From contig JANJGN010000042.1 of assembly GCA_026770705.1 (NCBI GenBank), forward strand, positions 2,170,001-2,234,000: a stretch of DNA of 64,000 bases, written 5' to 3'. Made by a program: the position numbers and the translations under genes. Shown here piece by piece: positions 12,642 through 23,790 of the stretch. Below the pieces are notes generated by a model. That model made no database searches. It was given only the letters and a program-made list of their open reading frames with translations, and was not told the origin of the DNA. Numbering within the stretch: position 1 is the first letter of the stretch; every line of letters starts with the position of its first letter. The DNA is from Isurus oxyrinchus. Lineage: Eukaryota.

Positions 12642-14032
12642 GTTAAGTATTTTGGTTTGCTATGCTATTGAAATCATTGTTTAATCACTTCTCTTTGGTT
12701 TGCTTTCATTTTAGTGAATCATTGTTCGTATTTAGGAGCTTTGCTTCTACATGGTACGATATTCTTTCTCCCATTAAACAGGACAATCTATCAACATTAC
12801 GGCGACATCGTCCCAATTTATCACGCTAGACAATGTCACTTTTTTCCACTTCAAGGGAAATGCTTAATTTAATTCTCCATTTTAGCAACACAATTGTTTT
12901 CTTTTACTGACATGATTAGTCGTCATCACATGTCGAGTCGCTCAAGTTTGTCTGTGTCATTTCTTCCCTTGAACATAGTTTCTCCCCAATACAAGAATAA
13001 TAGTTCAGCAGTAACAATGCACTATCTTCCCTGAGCTAGTAACATTTAGTCAGTTTAATTGGACACTTTCATCAGTTTACCGCCACCGTTCGAGGTTTTA
13101 GATGTTCTTTTATTTTATTCTTGGTATTTTTAAAAAGCTTAATATATAACGCTGTTACCACTGAGGAAATGTTTTTCTATTGTTTCAACGGCATTGTCAC
13201 CGTGGGTGAATTATTACAGAGGAACTGTATCTGTATTATGCACTATCTCATTCTTTTCCCTTTAACCTTTCGTTGGAATATGAACAGTATTTATCTGATA
13301 AATCTGTGCAGAATATTAAATGACTGGCCCAGGGTTTCTTACCTTAGCGGAAACCTGGCACCCTGGGCAGCGAAGAATTCTCAGGGAGCTGAAGTTGGGC
13401 TTTAATCCAGGACGTTTTGACTCTAAAGCTTGACGTCTTTCAATTTAAAAGCAACTGAACCTTAAACTGTGTGTGGATTTCCACCCTGCTGTGAAGGATA
13501 GTTGTGTTCGCTGCACGTCATCATAACTCAGGAGTTCTAGTTACCCTTTATTTCCTTCCAAAGGAGTTTTTTTTTTCCATTCTTTCTGTTCTCATTTGCT
13601 GGATTATGCCCACAAGAGTAACACTTTGTATTTAATTCCATTCAACGCCATCTACTCAGTTTCTGTCAAATTCGTAGGTCGATTTAACATTGTGTACCTT
13701 TCTTTTTCCAATGTCCTAGCCTGTTCTTCTCTAAACAACAAGCAAGAGGATACTTGATTGTTTTTCATTTAACTGAGTAACAATGCAGCAATTTGAATAT
13801 TCACTATAGGACTGAGCCCGCATTCCTCCTGTAAATCAGCACAGTATTGACAATTTGCTGCATTTTGGAATGAGTCTTTCTTTCTCCACTGGAGTATATA
13901 AGTCATAGGACTGAAATGGGAACATTGCTCTCTTTTCATGACCAATGCTGTATTTGTGAGTTTCTCAACATTTTCTGTTCTATATTCATTTGTCCCCACC
14001 GCAAACTTACTGGTTATATTCCTCTGTCACAG

Positions 14033-14901
14033 CTAATTTGGCAGTAATTGTGATCCTGTCCCGAAGAAGATGCGGTCTCACTGGATGTATCACATACTAC
14101 CTGATGTCCATGGCCGTGACGGATCTCCTGATCATGATCCTTGCTGTGATGTTAAACCGGATTGTAGGTACATATTTCCCATTTAGTTTCCTCTCCATCA
14201 CTCCGGCCTTTGCTCTCAGTCTTGTGTTCATATATGGCGTCAGGGATTCTTCTGTCTGGGTGACAGTTGCTTTCACCTTTGATCGATTTGTAGCCATTTG
14301 TTGTCAGCAGCTGAAAACCAAATATTGCACCAAGAAATCAGCAGCTGTGGTCATAGGAACTGTCTGCGTTGTGCATTGTGCTAAAAGAATACCCTTGTAC
14401 TTTGCTTGTGAACCTTCTGTTATCACGGACAATACACCCTGGTACTGCAAACTAAAGCCAATATATTATTCGTCACCCGGATGGGTGGCATATGACAGCA
14501 TAAATGCCGTTTTAACCCCTTGTCTCCCATTCGTTCTTATTTTGCTGCTCAATGTTCTGACGGTCAGGCACATTGTTGTGGCCAGTCGAGCCCGCAGAAG
14601 ACTGCGAGCCCTCAGCAAGAGCGAGAAACAAAGCGACCCAGAGATGGAGAAGAGGAGAAAGTCCATCGTTTTACTCTTTGTCGTCTCGGGAAGTTTCATC
14701 CTGTTATATTTCCTCGCTCTTAAAACTTTCCTCTACGCACGAATTGCCAGCGTTAGTTATTTCGATGGCTCGAATTTCAATCAATCAAATATAATAATGG
14801 AGGAATGTGGACTTATGCTGCAGCTTTTAAGTTCCTGCATCAACCCCTTTATTTATGCAGGTACCCAGAGTAAATTCAGAGAGGAGTTAAAGAAGGTGTG
14901 A
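14033..14901 (+). CDS. GPR139-like GPCR gene A, exon 2 (312 aa spliced); C-tail truncated and C3.25 lost, possibly an incipient pseudogene
   Basis: tcacAG|CT AAT. Motifs ANL (TM1), MAVTD (TM2), TFDRFVAIC (TM3), LTPCLPF (TM5), NPFIY (TM7). A 1-nt deletion relative to copy B at ~14895 gives ELKKV* instead of ELKNGVKYP...FFK* (old stop at 14937-14939). Confidence 0.88.
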
Positions 14902-15899
14902 AATATCCATTGAGTCTGATTGTTAATTTTTTTAAATGATGAAAGCAGTGAAATCCAACATGAATTCTACATTATACCCCACCCATTGCTGTTGCTGTAC
15001 ATGTTACATATGGCTTCAACCCGCAGAAACAGAGTTACCTCCTGTCCGAGGTGTGAATTCAGAATTATATAACTAACTCTGCATTTTCCCAGTTTGTTTT
15101 TATTTTTTGTCCCCTTTCCAGAGCGGGCCTGGTACATTCCCAACTGTCCCTAAGGTCCCGGGGTGTCTCGACGTTCATGTAGGAGACAAAGTGTCCGACA
15201 AAAATGTATAACTTGGCAACAAAGTTTCACTATTAAATGTAGGAACCTTGCTACCTCCCCTTCCTATGTTTTGGAACTTGATGGTAGATGGCGCCCTGAA
15301 ATGGAAACGGACACTGTCCCCACCCATTGATCTATATTGAGCAGTCTCCGCTTCACACTTGAACTCTTTTTCCCATAAACATAGCAAGAGGGAACTGGAA
15401 TATTACAGACACAGATAAAGGAAACATTTTGTTCGCCTCTTCCATTTGGCAATGGAGGCGAAATCCGCAGAGTCATCATACAATATAAGTTACACTGGCA
15501 ACAATCTCCCCTTTTAAATGATTACAAATCGCAACTGGCCAGAACAAAAAGAAAACAAATTTAATGGAAACATTATCTTCACCATCCACAATGCATTATA
15601 AAAGTTTATTGCCAACCTGATACAGAAACAGTAATTAGAATGCAATTGTGGGTTACGCTTCACAATGACCCCCTATCCCAATCGTGGATTAAATATTACA
15701 CACTTGCTGTTATTTGGAATTTCCCGTGTCGTGACTTACAACCAACCGAAAGTCTCAGGACTCAGCATTGATCTCAGCAGAAAATCCAATCCAAGACATT
15801 CATGCTGTGTACATATTATCATTTGTTATGTCTTCCGATGTTAATTGAAACAAACCGATTGCTCTGCACTTTATAAGGGATTTGTCTAAACGATTAAGT

Positions 15900-16305
15900 A
15901 GCAGAAAAATGCACATGTTGTAGAAGCTTATGCTCTTGCACTTATCAGGACAATTTGCAAGAGTAACGCCGATTTCAACTGAACAAAGGACGGGAGAGCC
16001 TGTCTCTGGCTCATGGCCTCATGAAATGTCTTGACCAATCAGAGTCAACATACTTGATTTGAATGTAAACAACGGTTGACAGTTAACTTCCATTCATCAG
16101 GTCATTATCGCATTCTCTATTGCAACGCCACGAGTAATCCATTTTCACTCGCCCATCAATCATCACACTCTTCTCATGACGTTTTAAGTGTTGTTCCCTT
16201 TGATTTTTTTGTTACTCTTGCGAATTGTCCTGATGAGTCCAAGGTGAAAAGTTTCGAAAGCATGTGTCTTTGATCAGCACTCTCACATTCTGTTCTACCG
16301 AACAA
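15900..16305. mobile_element. Non-autonomous Penelope-like pseudo-LTR derivative with inverted arms; duplicate at ~62975-63375
   Basis: 15935-15967 is the reverse complement of 16211-16243 at 30/33 nt. The interior resembles the sequence following the Penelope-type C-terminus at 23240-23500 and the segment at 39270-39520. Confidence 0.65.
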
Positions 16306-16309
16306 CGAG

Positions 16310-17700
16310 TGAGTCCCATGTCAGTGGTCCGGAAACTATTGGAGAAAATTCTGAAGGAAAGAATCTACCTTAACTTGGAGAGAGAAGGTTTGATAAGAGA
16401 TATTCAGCATTGATTCTTTAGAGGTAGGTCATGCCTAACAAATTTGACTGAATTTTTGAGGAGGTGACCAGGTGTGTACATGATGGTAGTGCAGTTGATG
16501 TAGTTAATATGGATTTCAGAAAAGCCTTTGACAAGGTCCCATATGGCAGCCTTATAAATAAGGCAAATACACATGGGATACAGGGTAATTTGAAAAGGTG
16601 GATTATAAATTGGCTTAGTTGTAGGAGACAGAATGTAATGATAGAAGGCTGCTTTGGTGACTGAAAACCCGAGTCCTGTGGTGTACCACAGAGATCTGTG
16701 CTGGGTTGCCTATTATTCATTATTTATATAAATGACATAGATGACTATGTGGGGAGTAGGAATAGTAAGTTTGCGGATGACACAAAGATTGGCCGGTTGG
16801 TTTACAGTGAGGTTGAGAGGCTTGGGCTGGAGGAAGATATCGGCGTGGTGGTCAAATGGGCAGATAAGTGGCAGATGGAATTTACCACTGAAAAGCAAGA
16901 GGTTATACACTTTGGAAGGAGTAATTTGACAAGGAAGTATTCAATGAACGGCATGGCACTAGGAAGATCTGAGGAACAAAGGGACCTTGGTGCATGTGTC
17001 CATAAGTCTCTGAAGGCAGAGGGGCATGATAGTGGGGTGGTGAAAAAGGCATTTGGGACAATTGCCTTTCTCAATCGAGGCACGATTGCAAAAGTGGAGG
17101 GGTCATGTTGGAGTTGTATAGAACTTTGGTGAGACCACAGCTGGAGTGCTCTGTGCAGTTTTGATCGCCAAATGATAGGAAGGATGTGATTGTGCTAGAG
17201 GCGGTGTAGAGGAAGTACACGTGGATGCAGCCTGGGATGAACCATTTACCTTATAAAGAGTGGTTGGATAGAGTTGGGTTTTTTCGGCGAATCAGAGAAG
17301 ACTGAGGAGCGGCCAGTTCAAGGTGTACAAGCTTGTGAGAGGTATTGAAGGGGTGGATAGGGACAGCTGTTCCCCTTAGTCAAAGGCTCAGTCACGAGGG
17401 AACACAAGTTCAAGGTGAGGGGCAGGAGGTTTCGTGGGGATGTGAGGGAAAACCTTTTTTACCCAGGTATTGGGGACGGTCTGGAATACGCTGCCTGGGA
17501 CAGTGGTGGAGGCGAGTTGCCTCACATCCTTTATAAAGTGTCTAGATGAATACTTGGCACGTCCTAACATTCAAGGTTGTGGGCCAAGCGCTGGTCAATG
17601 GGATTAGTTAGGTAGGTCAGGTGTTTCTCACGTGTCAGTACAGACTCGATGAGCCGAAGGGCCTCTTCTGCACTGTGCGATCCTTTGATTCTGTGACTAC
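16310..17700 (+). mobile_element. 5'-truncated CR1-type LINE (RT and 3' tail)
   Basis: AVDVVNMDFRKAFDKVPY, LFIIYINDID, KFADDTKIG, WADKWQMEF, QRDLG. Tail ccgaagggcctcttctgcactgtgcgatcctttgattctgtga. Confidence 0.93.
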
Positions 17701-20479
17701 TTATTAAATTTTCCATGAAATGATTGTCATGATTATAAACAGCAGAATCAAATCTCTAAATTCGCTGACCTATCAACAATTGAAGCGAATGACTGAGTCT
17801 CTTCTCGCCTAAACATCGTTTTAATCATTTTATTATCTGAGTGAATGCACTTGAATTTGAAAGAATGGGACAACTGGCAATATGCTTCCTCGCCAATGGT
17901 GCAGGTGAACGATTTATTACCTGTGGAAACATTTCAATAAATCTCCAGCTGGGGTGGGCAAACGAATCCCATTCTATGGTCCAGGTATTGTCAAGCTTTG
18001 CTTCCGTAGAGTACGTCCTGCCCAGGTTGGGTAATCCATTGAAATCTATTCCACAGACAGAAGTGTTGCAGCGTCTCTCCCCGTTGCAAATGCTGCAACT
18101 TCAATTTAATTCTATGGAAGTGATTGCAGATCTTTGCATCGTCATTGCATTAGAACACTCTCAGTTGGGTGCCTGTTTTATTGTGCTTCCAGCAACACTG
18201 GCCTTTGAAATTAAATTCCACTGTCTGTATTGGCAAACATTGCTCCTTTTTTTTGTTTTACTTTCTGTTCTCCATTCGCAGGATCCCCTCTCGCTGTCGC
18301 CTGAAAGAATTGCTTTTGGATGGTTTTTAGTTTTGCATTTACCCAACAGCCTTGGAGTTCCTCTCCTGAACATGTTGACTCAGAGGAAAAGCAGGATACA
18401 TCCAGCTGCTCTAATATTTCCTATACTTCAGTTAGATCATGGGTAATCTATATATAACTTGCATCTACCCACTTTAGTTTTATTCTCTTTCAATGGTTTT
18501 CCTGAAAGTAGTCATTCTATCTCATTTTCACATGTTCGATTGACTCCGATTCTCTTTGAATCTTTAGGAGAAAATGGTCCAGGGGCATGGTAGCATAATA
18601 ATTATTTTAATGGACTAAAACACGAAATCCATTTTATTGATTCGCGACATAATTTAAGATCCCACAGCAGTGGCTAAAGTAGTTGAATTAAGTTCTCTAA
18701 ATGCAACTGAAATTAAGAAGGCAAAGAAAAAGAAAAATGACACATCACGAATAATGACCATGAAAGTATATTCTTATCAAGAAGGAAAAAATTGCGTTCT
18801 GTTTCATTAATGCATCTTAGTGCAAGGATTGTGCTTTAGTTCCCCTGCTTGGAGAACATGTGGTTCCAGACCCATGGAGAAGTATTTAAGTGATAACCAT
18901 TGTCTGAAATGGTCGAGCAAGCCGCTATGAAACAAAAAAAGAAAAGTAACAGTGTGAGGAACACTCGTGATTTTCCCAGATGCTGGAAGCTACAAAGGGA
19001 AAGCCAGCCCAATCGATCCTGCAAAGCCCTCCTCATTCACATCTTGGGACATGAGAGCTGACTCTCAAACTAGCCAATGGAAGGTCTGACATTGTCGGAC
19101 TCGCCGAATCAAACCATTGAGAAAATGTTCCAAACTCTACCATCACCAGCTCTATTCATGTGCTGTCCCAAAGGCATAATAACAAAATGTATCATAAAAT
19201 GTGGCACGCTATTTGGCCACAACAGGATGGAACATTTGTCCTCAAACTCGGTAAGGGCTAAATCACAATTAAATTTAGACAATGTTCAGATATCTCTTTG
19301 AGTTTTGCGAAGAGCAATTAGATCTCCTGGCCTTGAAGAAAAAAGCTTTGTGATCTTGAATACAACTATATCATTGCAGTAAAAATAATACATTGTACAT
19401 TCCATGGCTAGTAATTATAAAAACGTCAATCTTTCAAATTTGCGCCTATAGTTTTGGAGCCAATGTAGTTTTTAACCGCCAGGCATCAGAAAGGATACGA
19501 AGCAAAACACACAAGTTCAGTTATTGACCTGTTGCAGCCATCTTCTTAATTAATATGATCCATATAGAGAAGTCGTTTTCAAAATGGACATCATTTCAGC
19601 AGTTCAATGTTGCAATTGTGATCCATCTTTGAAAGTAATAATACCAGGCATCCAGTGTAGTTATATTACACATAGACTCCCATGTGGAAGTGTTTTCATA
19701 ATTATATGCCAATTTGAATTTTGTCTAGTTAGCAAATGTCATGTGAATTTTGATTGCTTCCTATACTAGGCTGTGCTATTAAAATCAGGGATTTGAATTG
19801 TTTATTTATTCTTGATGCTTTCACATGTCATGGATGTCACTGAACAGGCCATCATTTGTTGCCCATCCCTAATGACCTTTGTCCTGAGTGGCTTACTAGG
19901 CCATTTCAGAGGACAGTTAAGAGTCAACCACATTGTTGTGGGACTGGAGTCACAAGTAGGCCAGGCTAGTTAAGTGAACCAGATGAGTTTTTACAACAAA
20001 CTGTGATAGTTCCATGGTCACTATTGCTGGGGCTAGTTTCACAATTTCTGATTCATTCAACGAGTTTAAACTCTATCTGCTGCCGTGGTTTGATTTGATC
20101 CTCCCTCTCTAAGGTGTTAGCCTTCACACCTGGATTATTAGCTTTATGACAGTGCAACGGCGCCACCATCATCCCAATGATATGGAGAGAAAAAACATGC
20201 AGAGAAACACAGAGAGGTTTGGAAATCACACATACAATTGTGCTGCTTTAGGTTACACTGGGGATACGTAACTCCTTTCAGTTTAAGATTCTACTTCAAC
20301 CAATATATTGGTTTCATTTGTCCAATCCAGATATTTGAAGAAAGTTTATTTGAGATGTAAACTATTGTATCTCAATTAACCAATTATAAGAAACAATAAT
20401 TCATCGAAATGGATGAAATTATTTGAAAAGCAAGTATACAAAAATAAATCTGCAGTCTCTTTGTCCGCAGTGCTTTAGG

Positions 20480-21020
20480 CAAACTCACTAAATGGTCACA
20501 GCTTTCCCTTTCGGGCCTGAAAAGACCTGGGTATATCTCAAATTATTCGGGAAGACTCAGGTAGCCCAAAATTGGAGCAACAAAAAAAAAATGTTGGCAC
20601 TATGCAACGGCGACACGAGTGGTATTGTCCACGAATTGGTTGAAGATAATAGAACAAGCCAAGTTTCTACTCGCCAGGCAATTGAGTAACGCAATGTATG
20701 AATCCCAGCGCCAGCAAAGTGAGTCAGAGATCTCAGCGATTGGTCGGTCAAGTCAAACAAAATGTCCCTCCACCCGGTACGTAATATACCGAACAAAGAT
20801 CCAATTGAAGCAGCCCGCGCTTGTAAAACTCGAATCAAAACTCCAACAGTTAGAAATAATTCCACGAATGGTCACAGTCATTGAGAAGCCTTGAGTGCGC
20901 TAATTGCGGCACACTAGCAAGAACTTCAAGGTAATCAGTCAAGTTGTTCACGTGGTTCATTAAAACTTGTCAGGGGCAACATGCATTCATAAACAAGGAC
21001 TCGATCTCTGCAAACTAAAT
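20480..21020 (+). mobile_element. Penelope-like element relic (RT C-terminus / GIY-YIG region)
   Basis: FGPEKTWVYLKL, LSNAMYESQRQ..SQRLVGQVKQNVP, FKVISQ and ATCIHKQGLDLCK. Homologous to the minus-strand piece at 23438-23731. Family assignment is from recall. Confidence 0.6.
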
Positions 21021-21049
21021 AAATTTTCCTAGGTTTTTTTCAAATTTTG

Positions 21050-21430
21050 TGTCCAGAATTTAGGCTTCACTGGCTAGGCTAACATTTATTGCCAATCACC
21101 AATTGTCCTTCGGAAGGTGATGGTGAGCCGCGTTCTTGAACCACTGCAGTCCATGTGGTGTACATACAGCACAGTGCATTTACCGAAGAAGTTCAAAGAT
21201 TTAACCTCCACCACAGTGAAGGAGCGATGATCTGATCGAAGTCTGGATGGTGTGTGGCGTGGAGGAGAACTTGAATTCGATGGTGTCCTTATTTATTTCT
21301 TGCCCTTGATCTTCTAGGCAGTAGAGATCGTAGGTTGGTAAGATGATGTCTAAGAAGCCTTGGTGAGTTCCTGAAATGCATCCTGTACGTTGTTCACAAC
21401 TGCTGCCTCTTTGCATCGGTGGTGCAGGGA
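21050..21430 (-). mobile_element. 3' tail of the L2/CR1-group LINE seen at 29050-30290; a similar piece lies at ~7770-8050
   Basis: Reverse-complement similarity to 29900-30285 (catttattgcc...gaaggtg.tggtgagc.gc.ttcttgaac..ctgcagtcc). Confidence 0.75.
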
Positions 21431-21469
21431 CTGTTTGTTTGTCGATGCGGTGGTAATAGCTAAGTGATG

Positions 21470-22612
21470 ATAAGAAATTGCAACAGCAGTAAGCCATTAG
21501 GCCGCTCAAGCCTGCCCCGCCATTCAATAACATCATGGCTGATCTGCACCAGGTCTCAAATCCTCTTTACTGACAGCTCATCATGAAGCTCAACTCACGA
21601 TATTTCAAAAATCTATCCATCTCTTCTTTAAATACCTTCAGAGATCAAGCCTCCACAACTCTCTGGGGTAGAGAATTCCAGACATTCAATACTCTCAGAG
21701 AGAAGATATTCCTTCGCAACTCAGTTTTGTATGTGTGGCCCCTTATTATGTAACTATGTCCCCTAGCTCGAGATTCCCCCACTAAAGCGAACATTTTCTC
21801 AACATCTACCTGTCAAGCAACCCCTCCCCTCAGGATTCTGTTCGTCTCAATAAGATCATTCCTCATTCTTCGAAGGGCTAATAAATAAAGTCCTAATGTG
21901 TTTAGTCGTTCCTGATAAGTCAACTCCATCATCCCAGGAATCAGCCTAACGAATCCCCTTTGAACTGCATCTGATGCCAATATATCAATTCTTAAATACA
22001 GGGGCCGAAAGCGTTCACAGCACTCCAGGTGGGGCCCCACCGAATCCTGCATATTTGTAACAAGACCTCTCTATTTTTTAAACTGTAACCCCCTAGCAAC
22101 ACAGACCAAAATGCCATTTGCCTCCTTAATTACTTGTTACATTTGCATGTTAACGTTTTGTGCTTCGTACACAGGAACAATCAGAGCCTGCACGTTTTTG
22201 AAGTCTCTCTCCATTTTAATAGTCTGTCTTTTGATTCTTCCTACAAAAGTGAATGACCTCACACTTTCCAGCATTAAACTCCATCTGCCAAGTGTTTTTG
22301 CTCACTCACTCAACCTATCTACAACACCTTTTACATTCCTTATGTCCTTTCACAACATGTCTTCTCACCTATTGCTGTAGCATCAGCAAATTTGGATACA
22401 TCACACTCTGTCCGCTCCTCCAAGTCATTGCAATAGCTAATAAATAGTTGAGGTGCTAGGACTGATACTGTGGCACTCCATTTGTTGCGTCTTTCCAACG
22501 CTTCTGAAAAGGACCCATTAATCCAGACTCTTTGTCTCCTCTCTGTTATCCAATCCTCAATCCGTGCTAATACATCTCTCTCAATACCACGGGCTCTTAA
22601 CTTGTGCAATAA
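21470..22612 (-). mobile_element. CR1-type LINE relic (RT and 3' tail)
   Basis: HKLRARGIERDVLARIEDWITERRQRVWING, VSKFADAT, PHLECCERFRPLYLRIDI, LTYQERLNTLGLY. Confidence 0.9.
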
Positions 22613-22631
22613 GTTCTGTCAAGTTCCCTCA

Positions 22632-22735
22632 AGTTCTGTCGAAGGGTCATGAGGACTTGAAACGTCAACTCTTTTCTTCTCCGCCGATGCTGCCAGACCT
22701 GCTGAGTTTTTCCAGGTAATTCTGTTTTTGTTTTT
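22632..22735 (+). mobile_element. Short Penelope-like terminal repeat; related copies at ~12120-12220(-), 25425-25530(-), 26120-26230(+), 41310-41415(+) and 46020-46430(+)
   Basis: Shared motif gttctgt.gaag.gtcat..ggact.gaaac.t.aact...gatgctgccagacctgctgagtttttccagg.a.t.tgtttt. Confidence 0.65.
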
Positions 22736-23239
22736 AACTTGTAACAGATGTTCCTCATCCCTGTCATTATTTCGAAAGCTATAAATTCCTTGCAAAATGT
22801 TCTTCCCAGAACTGGACTCAGATGCTCCAGCTGAGCCAAAACGTTCTTGTGTTTTTATCCTAGGTTGCTACTTATAGAATCAAACATCCTGTATGCCGAT
22901 TTATAAACATATGGGACATGTATTTTGCTCCTGCAATCCCATTACCATCATATCCTTTAATCGAAATTTCCTATCCTTATTCTTCATTCGAAGATGATCC
23001 ACTTGACAGATAGCTACGTTAAAGTTAATCTACCAACTTGTATGCCCATTTTATAAATCTGTCTATGGCTTTTGGAAGTTCAGCACCCTCTCACATTGGT
23101 TTGCAATATTTCCAAGTTTTGTCGCATCTGTAAGCTTTGAAATTATGTCACGTACACCCAAGTCAAAGCCATTATATATATCCAGAAAAAGGGTGCTGAC
23201 ACCAACTCCTGGCGAAATCTTCCTCCAATTAGAAACATT

Positions 23240-23790
23240 TTTTGACTCGTAAGGTCACTTTTTAAGAATACTGATGTAAGAGGAAAACAGCAATTTATAC
23301 TGCATGTGAAGAGAGTGCTGATTGCTTGGCAAATGGACTCTGGCAGAGGAATTGTCATGGAGAATGCACCAATTATGGCGACTGAAAGTTAACTTCTAAG
23401 CTTTGTTTGAAATTTTAGCTAGGCAGCTTGGCCTTGATTAGTCAATGCATTGCCTTGAGGAATGAGTCAGCGAATGGCTGTCACTTATTGTGTTCAGCTG
23501 AACCAGGCACAATGTGTGTGCATGTCTTTTCTGCTTGCAAAGAACAGGGCCCTGTGTATTAAAATATGCAGCGCCCAAATACATGCAAATGCAACATTCT
23601 GCAAGCCCAAATGATAATCTAAATTGGTTGTCAGCGTTATTCTTAGTGCAATTATTTTTTTTTAAACAAATGTTCTCGAGTTCTGGAATCGCATCCAATG
23701 TTGAACACTGTAATTTGAGCTTTACCAGCATGGCCCGGCCGGTTGGATATGTTCTGTACTTTGCCCGTTTCGAGGTTCAGTGAGCAGCAA
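23240..23790 (-). mobile_element. Penelope-like element C-terminus plus pseudo-LTR relic
   Basis: NNCTKNNADNQFRL...LGAAYFNTQGPVLCKQK, followed by non-coding sequence similar to 16010-16100 and 39270-39400. Confidence 0.6.

Noticed and set aside
13990-14032. ORF-track N-terminus MSPPQTYWLYSSVT (and 61075-61117; likewise the 'M' at 27765)
   Set aside because: Intronic sequence with non-ATG starts upstream of or at the AG acceptor. The real N-termini come from exon 1.
14097-14794. Short overlapping ORFs inside GPCR exons (also 27056-27710 and 61155-61841)
   Set aside because: Alternative-frame or antisense shadows of the GPCR coding sequence.
17841-18446. 201-aa ORF
   Set aside because: GTG start, no recognisable domain on either strand, no exon context. 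Probably chance.
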